Below are positions 14,165 through 22,812 of a stretch of 64,000 nt of DNA, piece after piece (positions within the stretch are counted from its first letter, which is position 1; each line of letters starts with the position of its first letter). Made by a program: the position numbers and the translations under genes. The notes under the pieces were generated by a model. That model worked only from the letters and a program-made list of their open reading frames with translations. It did no database searches and was not told where the DNA came from. Source of the stretch: an uncultured Chloroflexia bacterium (GTDB lineage Bacteria > Chloroflexota > Limnocylindria > Limnocylindrales > CSP1-4); contig CAVPPB010000003.1 in NCBI GenBank assembly GCA_963707215.1, forward strand, positions 1-64,000, in the 5' to 3' direction.

Positions 14165-15130
14165 ATGCCGAGGCGACCGCGCTCGGACGGCTGGACGGCG
14201 TGCTCGTCGTCGCCAAGCCGGCCGGCCCGACCTCCCACGACGTCGTCGGCCTCGTTCGCCGACTGGCCGGCTCACGCCGCGCGTCGGCCACGGCGGGACG
14301 CTGGACCCTTCGCCAGCGGCGTGCTGCCGATCTTCCTCGGCTCGCGCCACCCGCCTGGCCGAGTACCACCTCGGGCGACGAGAAGACGCTACCGGGCGAC
14401 GGTCTGCTTCGGCGCCTCATCGACGACCGACGATCTCGAGGGGGAGCTCACCCCCTCCGACCGCTCCCCGGACCGGTCGGCCGTGGAAGCCGCTCTGGCG
14501 GGGCTCCTGGGTTCGATCGAGCAGCGACCACCGGCTTTCAGCGCGATCAAGATCGGGGGCAGGCGAGCCTACGCGATGGCCAGGGCAGGACTGACACCCG
14601 ATCTGCGTCCCCGCACCGTGACGATCCATCACCTCGAGGTCATCGACTGGAACGCGGCCGATCCCACGCGGCCGATCGCCACCATGGACGTGATCTGCTC
14701 GGCCGGGACCTACGTCCGCGCGCTCGCCCGCGACCTCGGGGCAGCGACCGGGAGCGCGGCCTACCTCGGGTCCCTCGTGCGCACCGCGAGCGGCGACTTC
14801 GACATCGAGGGGGCCCTCGCGGTCGACGCGATCCGCGAGGCGGCGGCCGCCGGTCCGCAGGGTGTGGCGACCCTCCTCCGGCCGGTCGATGCCGGATTGG
14901 AGTGGATGCGAGCCGTCGCCATCGCGGACGAGTCCGTGCCGCGTCTGCTCCAGGGCCAGGCCGTCCCACCACCGCTCGACCGACCTCCCGAAGCTGGCGG
15001 AGGACCCGTTCGGATCCAGGATGGCAGGGGACGCCTCTTGGCCATCGGCGAGATCAGCGACGGCCGGATCGCCCCGAGGAAGGTCCTGCTCCGTGACCGA
15101 ACGGCCGTCCCGGCGGGCGACGATGGCTGA
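14165..15130 (+). CDS. truB: tRNA pseudouridine(55) synthase (indels in 5' part)
   Basis: KPAGPTSHDVV, GHGGTLDP, PPAFSAIKIGGRRAY, CSAGTYVRALARD. Confidence 0.92.
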   Translation: MPRRPRSDGWTACSSSPSRPARPPTTSSASFADWPAHAARRPRRDAGPFASGVLPIFLGSRHPPGRVPPRATRRRYRATVCFGASSTTDDLEGELTPSDRSPDRSAVEAALAGLLGSIEQRPPAFSAIKIGGRRAYAMARAGLTPDLRPRTVTIHHLEVIDWNAADPTRPIATMDVICSAGTYVRALARDLGAATGSAAYLGSLVRTASGDFDIEGALAVDAIREAAAAGPQGVATLLRPVDAGLEWMRAVAIADESVPRLLQGQAVPPPLDRPPEAGGGPVRIQDGRGRLLAIGEISDGRIAPRKVLLRDRTAVPAGDDG

Positions 15131-15944
15131 CGGTCCGACCAGCCCGATCCGCCTCGTCCTCGGCGTCGACCAGCTTGCGGCCGAGGGCGAGCGGCTGCTG
15201 CTCACCGTCGGCGTCTTCGACGGGCTCCATCGAGGTCACCGCTACCTCCTGGGCCGACTGCGCCGGGCGGCCCGTCGACTCGGCGCGCACCCGGCTGTGG
15301 TCACCTTCGATGCCCACCCCGACGCGGTCGTTCGGGGCCACGCTCCGCCGCTGCTGCTCGACCCGGAGGAGCGCCTCGGCCGGTTGGCCCGTGCCGGGAT
15401 CTCGACGGTCGTGGTCCAGCACTTCGACGACGCGCTCCGGCGGACGACCTATGACGCGTTCGTGGCCGCGCTGGCTGCACGCGCGAGCCTCGCCGGCTTC
15501 GTCATGACACCCGAGGCCGCCTTCGGACATGAGCGCCGGGGCACCCCGGAAGCGCTCGCCGCCCTGGGCCGAGTGCGCGACTTCACGGTCGTCGTCGTCG
15601 AGCCGTACGAGCTGGACGGGGGTCCGGTCCGCAGCAACCGGATCCGGGGCCTGGTGGAGACCGGCGACCTCGCCGAGGCCCGGCGACTCCTGGGCAGGCG
15701 CCTGGCGGTAGTCGGCCGGCCCGTCGCAGTCGTCGACGGTCTCCAGGAGGTCCGCCCGACCGTGCCGATGGCCTTGCCACCCGACGGCGCCTACCGGGCG
15801 GTCGGCTGTGCGCCGTGGACGGCCTTCGGACCTGGTGGTGGACGGAGCGCCCCGTTCCGGGCCATCGTCGATGGTGGGCGACTGCTCGTTCCCGAGCGTG
15901 TCGCCAGACGGCATCCCGGCGGCCTCCGGGTGACCCTGGCCTGA
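15123..15944 (+). CDS. ribF: FAD synthetase (FMN adenylyltransferase intact, riboflavin kinase module degenerate)
   Basis: GVFDGLHRGH, TFDAHP, FGHERRG, VRSNRIR; the C-terminal part lacks the PTAN kinase motif. Confidence 0.8.
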   Translation: MADGPTSPIRLVLGVDQLAAEGERLLLTVGVFDGLHRGHRYLLGRLRRAARRLGAHPAVVTFDAHPDAVVRGHAPPLLLDPEERLGRLARAGISTVVVQHFDDALRRTTYDAFVAALAARASLAGFVMTPEAAFGHERRGTPEALAALGRVRDFTVVVVEPYELDGGPVRSNRIRGLVETGDLAEARRLLGRRLAVVGRPVAVVDGLQEVRPTVPMALPPDGAYRAVGCAPWTAFGPGGGRSAPFRAIVDGGRLLVPERVARRHPGGLRVTLA

Positions 15945-15995
15945 TCCAGCGAGATCTTCTCGGACGGTCGGTAGCGTCCGCCACGGGCTCGACGT

Positions 15996-16024
15996 TTGCC
16001 GTCGGTCGGCCGGCCTGCTATCCT
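15996..16024 (+). promoter_or_regulatory. sigma70-type promoter of rpsO(-pnp)
   Basis: TTGCCG-17 nt-TATCCT with TG extension. Confidence 0.7.
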
Positions 16025-16077
16025 GCGGCGGTTTGTAGAGGTTTGGAACAGATCAGCAGTTCGTGTCGGAGGACCGA

Positions 16078-16347
16078 GTGCCGCTCGCGCGGGAAACGAA
16101 ACAAGAGGTCATCGCCGGATACGCCGTCGCCGAGGGCGACACCGGCTCGCCAGAGGTCCAGATCGCGCTCCTTACCGAGCGGATCAAGGGCCTCACCGAG
16201 CATCTCCGGCGGTTCCCGAAGGACAACCACTCGCGACGCGGCCTCCTCAAGCTCGTGGGCCAGCGACGTCGCCTTCTCGCCTACCTGGTGAAGACCGACG
16301 ACGCCCGCTACCGGGCCGTCATCGGACGGCTCGGCCTGCGCCGCTAG
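16078..16347 (+). CDS. rpsO: 30S ribosomal protein S15
   Basis: [33 protein letters not shown]; GGAGG SD. Confidence 0.98.
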   Translation: MPLARETKQEVIAGYAVAEGDTGSPEVQIALLTERIKGLTEHLRRFPKDNHSRRGLLKLVGQRRRLLAYLVKTDDARYRAVIGRLGLRR

Positions 16348-16460
16348 CCAGCCGCGACGGGGACCTCGGGCCGACCGCCCGGGGCCCGACCGTATCGGCG
16401 CCGGCGGCCGGCCCCCAGGCCAGGTCGATGCCTCCTCCACGACAGGAGGAAACACTACCC

Positions 16461-19043
16461 GTGTCTCACGTCTTCGAGACGACCCTCGGTGGTCGCACCC
16501 TGACCATCGAGACCGGCAAGCTCGCCAGGCTCGCCGGCGGCTCCGTCACCGTCCGCTACGGTGACACCATGGTCCTCGGGACCGCCAACCGCTCGGAACC
16601 CCGCCCGGGGCTCGACTTCTTCCCGCTCACCGTCGACTTCGAGGAGCGGATGTACGCGGCAGGGAAGATCCCTGGCGGATTCATCAAGCGCGAGTCGCGT
16701 CCGTCAGAGGCCGCCATCCTGGCCGCACGGTTGACCGACCGGCCGATCCGGCCGCTGTTCCCGGAGGGCTACAAGGACGACGTCCAGGTCGTTATCACGG
16801 TCCTCTCGACGGATCAGGAGAACGACCCGGACATCCTCGGCACGATCGCCGCCTCGGCCGCCCTGACGATCAGCGAGATCCCCTTCCAGGGGCCCGTCGC
16901 GGCCGTCCGGGTGGGCCGTATCGACGGCGAGTTCGTCGTCAACCCGTCTACCAGCGACCTCGAGGCATCCGAACTCGACCTCGTCGTCTCGGGCACCCGC
17001 GACGCCATCATGATGGTGGAGGCTGGGTCGAAGATCCTGCCGGAAGACGTCATGGCCGAGGCCATCCTCTTCGGCCACCGAGCGCTCCAGCCGATCATCG
17101 ACCTGGAGGAGGAGCTGCAGCGAGCGGTCGGGAAGGCGAAGCGTCTGCCGTACATCGAGCCGGCGGTCGGCTCCGTCGTCGACTTCGTGGACCGCTTCAA
17201 CGCCGGTGAGACCTTCGTCGTCGTCGACGTCGAGACGACGGGCACGGACCCGCGGACGGCCGAGCTCGTCGAGCTTGCGGCGGTCAGGATCCAGGGCGGC
17301 GCCATCGTCGATCGTTGGTCGACCCTCGTCGATCCAGGACGTCCCATCGTCGGCAACCAGATGCACGGCATCACCGATGCCGATCTGGCGGGGGCGCCAA
17401 GCCCAGCCGACGCCGCTCGCCGATTCGTCGAGTATGCCGGCGACGCCACGATCGTCGGCCACTCGGTCGGCTTCGACCTGGCCTTCATCGAGGAGGCGCT
17501 CGGAGACGGGACGCGCTTCGAACCCGGCCGCTACGCCGACACGCTGGTCATCGCCCGGGAGGGCTATCCCGGCGCCGAGTCGTATCGGCTCGGCGATCTC
17601 GCGGCCTTCTTCGGGGTCGACCTGTCCCAGGCCCATCGTGCCCTCCCCGATGCCGAGGCGACGGCCGGGCTGTTGATCCGCTTCGGGACCGACCTGCAGG
17701 TCCGCCTCGACGCCCTCAAGGCCGGCATCGCCGACGCCATCAGGGCTCATCGCAGTGGCGGCGACGCGGCCGCCCTCCTCGAGCGGGCCCGTCGTGAGGC
17801 CCGCGTCGGCAAGGGCCTCTTCGGCCTCGTCCACAAGAAGGTCGTCCGGCGGCTCGTCGTCGACGAGGGGATCCGGATGGACGGCCGGGGCCTCGACGAG
17901 ATCAGGCCGATCGACGTGGAGGTCGGCCTGCTGCCGCGCGCCCACGGCTCGGGCCTCTTCACCCGTGGCGAGACCCAGGCCCTGACGATCGCGACGCTCG
18001 GGCCGTCCTCGGACGTGCAGCGCATCGACACCATCAGCCCGGAGACCGAGAAGCGGTACCTCCACCACTACAACATGCCCCCGTATAGCACGGGCGAGAA
18101 CAAGCCCATGCGCGGCCCGAGCCGCCGCGACATCGGCCACGGCAACCTGGCCGAGCGGGCGCTCATCCCTGTCCTCCCCGACGCCACCGAGTTCCCGTAC
18201 GTCATCCGGCTCGTCAGCGAGTGCGTGACGTCGAACGGTTCGACGTCGATGGCCTCGACCTGTGGCTCGACGCTCGCCCTGATGGACGCCGGCGTGCCGA
18301 TCAAGGCCCCGGTCGCCGGAGCGGCCATGGGGCTCGTCCTCGAGGCCGACGGCAGCTTCGCCGTGCTGACCGACATCCTCGGCAAGGAGGATGCCTTCGG
18401 TGACATGGACTTCAAGGTCACCGGCACCAGCGAGGGCATCACGGCCCTCCAGATGGACATCAAGGTCAAGGGCATCGACGAGCGGGTCATCCGCGAGGGC
18501 CTGGCCAAGGCGCTCAAGGCCCGCCTGGCGATCCTCGAGAAGATGACCTCGGTGCTGCCCGAGGCCCGCGCGGAGATCAACCCGTTCGCCCCCCGGATCA
18601 TCACGATGAAGATCAACCCGGAGAAGATCCGGGAGATCATCGGCAAGGGCGGCAGCATGATCCGCAAGATCCAGGAGGAGACCGAGACGGAGATCAACGT
18701 CGAGGACGACGGCACGGTCGAGATCGCCGCCGTCAACTCCGACAACTCCCGCAAGGCGATCCAGTGGATCGAGAGCCTCACCCGCGAGGTGGAGATCGGT
18801 GCCCTGTACATGGGCAAGGTGACCCGGATCATGGGCTTCGGAGCGTTCGTCGAGATCCTTCCCGGCAAGGAAGGCCTCGTCCGCATCGGTGAGCTCGCCG
18901 ACTACCACGTGCCGAGCGTCGAGGACGTCGTGTCCGTCGGCGACGAGGTGATGGTCGTCGTCACCGAGGTCGACCGCCAGGGGCGGGTCAATCTCTCCCG
19001 CAAGGCGGCGATGCAGCGTCATCTCGCTCAGGGCCGCTCCTGA
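16461..19043 (+). CDS. pnp: polynucleotide phosphorylase (860 aa) with internal DEDDh exonuclease domain
   Basis: PH1 (FFPLTVDFEER..AAGKIPGGFIKRE), PH2 (RMDGR, HGSGLFTRGETQ, SNGSTSMAS, DAFGDMDFK), KH (IIGKGG), S1 (FGAFVEI); AGGAGG SD before GTG 16461. Confidence 0.97.
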   Translation: MSHVFETTLGGRTLTIETGKLARLAGGSVTVRYGDTMVLGTANRSEPRPGLDFFPLTVDFEERMYAAGKIPGGFIKRESRPSEAAILAARLTDRPIRPLFPEGYKDDVQVVITVLSTDQENDPDILGTIAASAALTISEIPFQGPVAAVRVGRIDGEFVVNPSTSDLEASELDLVVSGTRDAIMMVEAGSKILPEDVMAEAILFGHRALQPIIDLEEELQRAVGKAKRLPYIEPAVGSVVDFVDRFNAGETFVVVDVETTGTDPRTAELVELAAVRIQGGAIVDRWSTLVDPGRPIVGNQMHGITDADLAGAPSPADAARRFVEYAGDATIVGHSVGFDLAFIEEALGDGTRFEPGRYADTLVIAREGYPGAESYRLGDLAAFFGVDLSQAHRALPDAEATAGLLIRFGTDLQVRLDALKAGIADAIRAHRSGGDAAALLERARREARVGKGLFGLVHKKVVRRLVVDEGIRMDGRGLDEIRPIDVEVGLLPRAHGSGLFTRGETQALTIATLGPSSDVQRIDTISPETEKRYLHHYNMPPYSTGENKPMRGPSRRDIGHGNLAERALIPVLPDATEFPYVIRLVSECVTSNGSTSMASTCGSTLALMDAGVPIKAPVAGAAMGLVLEADGSFAVLTDILGKEDAFGDMDFKVTGTSEGITALQMDIKVKGIDERVIREGLAKALKARLAILEKMTSVLPEARAEINPFAPRIITMKINPEKIREIIGKGGSMIRKIQEETETEINVEDDGTVEIAAVNSDNSRKAIQWIESLTREVEIGALYMGKVTRIMGFGAFVEILPGKEGLVRIGELADYHVPSVEDVVSVGDEVMVVVTEVDRQGRVNLSRKAAMQRHLAQGRS
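17211..17684 (+). other. DEDDh (DnaQ-like) 3'-5' exonuclease domain inserted in PNPase
   Basis: ExoI FVVVDVETTG, HGITD, ExoII GHSVGFD, DTL..AR, L..LA..FG, ExoIII HRALPDA; in frame. Confidence 0.93.
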
Positions 19044-19062
19044 GGCACCTCCGTCCCGAGAG

Positions 19063-19090
19063 GCGCACCCCCGGGATCCCGGGGGTGCGC
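19063..19090. terminator. perfect 28-bp palindrome after pnp (terminator-like stem)
   Basis: GCGCACCCCCGGGA|TCCCGGGGGTGCGC; no U-tract. Confidence 0.6.
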
Positions 19091-19099
19091 TGCTATACT
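19091..19099 (+). promoter_or_regulatory. extended -10 promoter of asd
   Basis: TGCTATACT about 40 nt upstream of asd ATG. Confidence 0.7.
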
Positions 19100-19137
19100 C
19101 GGCCGGTGCCCTGATCGTTCCTGATAACGGGAGAGGT

Positions 19138-20223
19138 ATGCCCTCCGACACGACGACGCCCCTCTCGGTCGCGGTCGTCGGCGCTACCGGCGTCGTCGGC
19201 CGGACGATGATCCGCGTGCTTCTCGAACGTGGCTTCCCGATGCGCGAGCTGCGGCTCCTGGCGTCGGCCCGGTCGGCCGGGTCGACCCTGACCCTCGACG
19301 AAGTGTCCTACCCGGTCGAGGAGGCGACCCCGGACGCGTTCGAGGGGGTCGACGTCGCTCTCTTCAGCGCCGGTGGCGGGACCTCGAAGGCGCTTGCCCC
19401 GGAGGCGGCGGCTCGAGGTGCGACGGTCATCGACAACTCCTCCGCCTGGCGGATGGACCCGACCGTCCCGCTCATCGTCAGCCAGGTCAACCCGGAGGAC
19501 GGCGCCTGGCACGAAGGGATCGTCGCCAACCCCAACTGCTCGACGATGCAGCTCATGCCGGTCCTTGGCGCTCTCAGGGACGCCGTGGGCCTCGAGCGGG
19601 TGGTGGTCGACACTTACCAGTCGGTCTCGGGTACCGGTTCCAAGGCCATCGCCGAGCTCGAGGGGCAGGTCCGTGCATACGCGGCCGGCCAGGAGCCGGT
19701 CGTCTCGGTCTACCCGCACCAGATCGCCTTCAACGTGCTGCCCGAGATCGACGTCTTCCTCGACAACGGCTATACGAAGGAGGAATGGAAGGTCGTCACG
19801 GAGACGCGCAAGATCCTCCACCTTCCCGAGCTTCGCGTCTCGTGCACTGCGGTCAGGGTGCCGGTCTTCGTGGGGCATTCCGAGGCGGTCCACGTCGAGA
19901 CCGTCGATCCGATCGACCCGGACCATGCCCGTGCGTTGTTCGCAGCGACGCCCGGCGTAGTGGTGCAGGACGATCCCGGGTCGCACCTCTACCCGCTGGC
20001 GACGAAGGCCGCCGGGGTAGACGACGTATTCGTCGGCCGAGTCCGCCAGGACGTCTCGATCCCCGATGCCCGGGGTCTCGTGTTCTGGGTCGTCAGCGAC
20101 AACCTCCGCAAGGGAGCTGCCAGCAACGCCGTCCAGATCGCCGAGGTTCTCCGGGAGCGGGACTGGGTCCAGGCCGCGGCGCGACGTCAGCCGGACGGCG
20201 TCGACGGCGGACCGGCTCGGTGA
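19138..20223 (+). CDS. asd: aspartate-semialdehyde dehydrogenase
   Basis: VVGATGVVG, IDNSSAWRM, ANPNCST, TYQSVSGTG, DNLRKGAA. Confidence 0.97.
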   Translation: MPSDTTTPLSVAVVGATGVVGRTMIRVLLERGFPMRELRLLASARSAGSTLTLDEVSYPVEEATPDAFEGVDVALFSAGGGTSKALAPEAAARGATVIDNSSAWRMDPTVPLIVSQVNPEDGAWHEGIVANPNCSTMQLMPVLGALRDAVGLERVVVDTYQSVSGTGSKAIAELEGQVRAYAAGQEPVVSVYPHQIAFNVLPEIDVFLDNGYTKEEWKVVTETRKILHLPELRVSCTAVRVPVFVGHSEAVHVETVDPIDPDHARALFAATPGVVVQDDPGSHLYPLATKAAGVDDVFVGRVRQDVSIPDARGLVFWVVSDNLRKGAASNAVQIAEVLRERDWVQAAARRQPDGVDGGPAR

Positions 20224-21113
20224 CGGAGGCCGAGCGCCGGGCGGCGCTCGAGCGGATCGCCGATGAAGTCCGCGCCTGCACTGCGTGTCGGCTCCATGAA
20301 GGCCGTGCGCAGGCGGTGCCGGGCGAGGGCCACCCGTCGACGGAGGTCCTGTTCATCGGCGAGGCGCCTGGCCTCAACGAGGATCGACAGGGTCGGCCCT
20401 TCGTCGGCGCCGCCGGCCAGTTCCTTGACGAGCTCCTCGGCTCCGTCGGCTGGCGCCGTGACGAGGTCTACATCACCAACGTCGTGAAGTGCCGCCCACC
20501 GCAGAACCGCGACCCGGAGGCCGACGAGATCGCCGCCTGTGCGCCCTTCCTGCAGCGGCAGTTCGAGATCCTCGAGCCGACCCTCGTCGTGACGCTGGGC
20601 CGCCACTCCATGGCCCGGTTCCTGCCTGGAGCCAGGATCGGGCAGGTCCACGGGACCGTGCGACCCGCGCCGGAAGGCTCGCCGGCGGAGGGCACCGATA
20701 TCTTCGCCATGTACCACCCAGCGGCGGCGCTCCACCAGGGGTCGCTCAAGGCCACGCTGCTCGAGGACATGGCCCGGGTCCCGGGCGCTCTCGTCGATGC
20801 CCGGGCCGCCCGGGTCTCGTCGGAGCCGATCGGGCCGACGCCCGAGGCTGCCCCATCAACCCCGTCGGAGGCACCGGCGGCAGTGACCGCAGCCTCCGTG
20901 GGTAGCGAGGCTGGAACGGATGCTACCGAGGAGGCCGGTCCAGTCGAGCGCGGTGCGAGGCTGGCCGGACCGGCGGCGGCCGACGGTCCCGGATCCACCG
21001 ACCGCAACCCCGAGATCCAGACGGCCGACGATCGCCTGCCCGCCCCCCAGGCGCAGCCAGACGAGCCGGTCGCTACGGCGATCGACGACGACCAGATGAT
21101 GATGTTCCGCTGA
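20220..21113 (+). CDS. family-4 uracil-DNA glycosylase with disordered tail ending QMMMFR
   Basis: CTACRL, GEAPG, PFVGAAG, NVVKCRPPQNRDP, YHPAA. Confidence 0.93.
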   Translation: MTEAERRAALERIADEVRACTACRLHEGRAQAVPGEGHPSTEVLFIGEAPGLNEDRQGRPFVGAAGQFLDELLGSVGWRRDEVYITNVVKCRPPQNRDPEADEIAACAPFLQRQFEILEPTLVVTLGRHSMARFLPGARIGQVHGTVRPAPEGSPAEGTDIFAMYHPAAALHQGSLKATLLEDMARVPGALVDARAARVSSEPIGPTPEAAPSTPSEAPAAVTAASVGSEAGTDATEEAGPVERGARLAGPAAADGPGSTDRNPEIQTADDRLPAPQAQPDEPVATAIDDDQMMMFR

Positions 21114-21140
21114 GGCGGACCGCTATTGTGAACGAGGCTC

Positions 21141-22808
21141 ATGACTGACACGACGACGCCGCTCCGGATCATCCCGCTCGGTGGGGTGGGGGAGATCGGC
21201 AAGAACATGTACGTCTTCGAGTACGGCGATGACATCGTCATCGTCGATTGCGGCCTGATGTTCCCCGACGAGGAGATGTTCGGGATCGACCTCGTCGTCC
21301 CCGACGTGACGTATCTCCGCGAGCGTCGTGACCACGTCCGGGCCTTCCTGATCACCCACGCCCACGAGGACCATGTCGGCGGGCTGCCCTACATCCTGCC
21401 GGACTTCCCCGGGGTCCCGATCTATGCGTCGACCCTGGCTCGGGGCCTATTGGGGAACAAGATCAAGGAGCACAAGCTCCACGCCAACCCCCTCCTGGCG
21501 CTCGACCCGGGCGACGAACTGGAGATCGGCCCGTTCACGGCCATCCCGTTCCGCATCGGCCACTCGATCCCCGACGCCATGGGTATCGCGCTGCGGACCC
21601 CCGTGGGGATCGTCGTCCACACCGGCGACTTCAAGTTCGATCACACCCCGGTCGACGGCAAGCTGTCCGACTTCGCGACCCTGGCTCGCCTGGGCGCCGA
21701 GGGCGTCATCTGCCTGTTGTCGGACTCGACCCGGGCGGAGAACCCCGGCTACACACCGTCCGAGCGGACCGTCGGCGAGGCCTTCCGGGAGATCATGGAG
21801 CCGCTCGACGGGCGGGTGATCGTCGCCACCTTCGCGAGCAACATCGCCCGTGTCCAACAGGTCCTCGACGCGGCCGCCGCGATGGACCGCAAGGTGACGG
21901 TGATCGGTCGCTCGATGGAGCAGAACTTCCGCATCGCCACCGACCTCGGCTACCTCAAGTACGAGCCCTCACGGATCGTCGCCAAGGACCGGATCAAGGA
22001 CGTACCCGACGACCGACTCGTCATCGCCACCACCGGCGCCCAGGGTGAGCCCATGGCCGGGCTCGCCAGGATGGCGAACCGGGATCACCGGTTCGTCGAG
22101 ATCCAGCCAGGCGACACGGTCATCGTCTCCGCTAGCCCGATCCCCGGCAACGAGGAGTATGTCGCCCGGACCATCGACAACCTGTTCAAGGCCGGCGCGA
22201 ACGTGTACTACCACACCATCAAGCGTGCCCACGTTTCCGGCCACGCCAGCCAGGAGGAGCTGAAGCTGATGCTCGGCTTGACCAAGCCGAAGCACTTCAT
22301 CCCGATGCACGGTGAGTTCCGGATGCAGGTCCAGCACGGACGGCTGGCCGTCGAGACCGGCGTTGCCCCGGAGAACGTCTACATCATCGAGAACGGGATG
22401 CCGATCGAGATCCTGGCCGACGGCTCCGCGCGCCGCGGGACCCCGGTCACAGCCGGCTACGTCCTCGTCGATGGCATCAGCATCGGGGATGTCGGCGAGA
22501 TCGTCCTGCGCGATCGGCGGGCGCTCGCGAACGACGGCATGTTCATGGTCGTGGTCACGGTGGACAAGCAGACCGGCGCTGTCATCGGCCGGCCGGAGAT
22601 CATCACCCGGGGCTTCGTGCCGATGAACGAGCGGGATCCGCTCATCGAAGAGGCTGCGGACCGGGTCATCGCCGCGATCGAGAACCCCGGCGACCATATC
22701 AGTGAGATCGGCCTCCTCAAGAGCCAGATCAAGGACGGCGTCAGTCGCTTCCTGTACGAGCAGACGAAGCGTCGGCCGATGGTCTTCCCGGTCGTGGTCG
22801 AGGTCTGA
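21141..22808 (+). CDS. rnj: ribonuclease J
   Basis: PLGGVGEIGKNM, THAHEDH, HTGDFK, HVSGHA, PMHGE. Confidence 0.97.
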   Translation: MTDTTTPLRIIPLGGVGEIGKNMYVFEYGDDIVIVDCGLMFPDEEMFGIDLVVPDVTYLRERRDHVRAFLITHAHEDHVGGLPYILPDFPGVPIYASTLARGLLGNKIKEHKLHANPLLALDPGDELEIGPFTAIPFRIGHSIPDAMGIALRTPVGIVVHTGDFKFDHTPVDGKLSDFATLARLGAEGVICLLSDSTRAENPGYTPSERTVGEAFREIMEPLDGRVIVATFASNIARVQQVLDAAAAMDRKVTVIGRSMEQNFRIATDLGYLKYEPSRIVAKDRIKDVPDDRLVIATTGAQGEPMAGLARMANRDHRFVEIQPGDTVIVSASPIPGNEEYVARTIDNLFKAGANVYYHTIKRAHVSGHASQEELKLMLGLTKPKHFIPMHGEFRMQVQHGRLAVETGVAPENVYIIENGMPIEILADGSARRGTPVTAGYVLVDGISIGDVGEIVLRDRRALANDGMFMVVVTVDKQTGAVIGRPEIITRGFVPMNERDPLIEEAADRVIAAIENPGDHISEIGLLKSQIKDGVSRFLYEQTKRRPMVFPVVVEV

Positions 22809-22812
22809 CCGG

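Noticed and set aside
15996-16460. 1015-aa ORF suggesting a long N-terminal extension of PNPase
   Set aside because: The upstream part overlaps rpsO in another frame. The SD and homology place the start at GTG 16461.
17211-17684. PNPase insert as an intein or homing endonuclease
   Set aside because: No intein splice motifs (N-terminal Cys/Ser, C-terminal His-Asn) and no LAGLIDADG/HNH motif. It has DEDDh motifs instead.
16704-19151. Long antisense ORFs (e.g. 815 aa opposite pnp, and many others)
   Set aside because: Shadow ORFs expected from high GC3 codon bias, with no recognisable motifs.
19147-21160. Shared GACACGACGACGCC near the starts of asd and rnj
   Set aside because: A 14-nt low-complexity match (DTTTP) is plausible by chance at this GC content.
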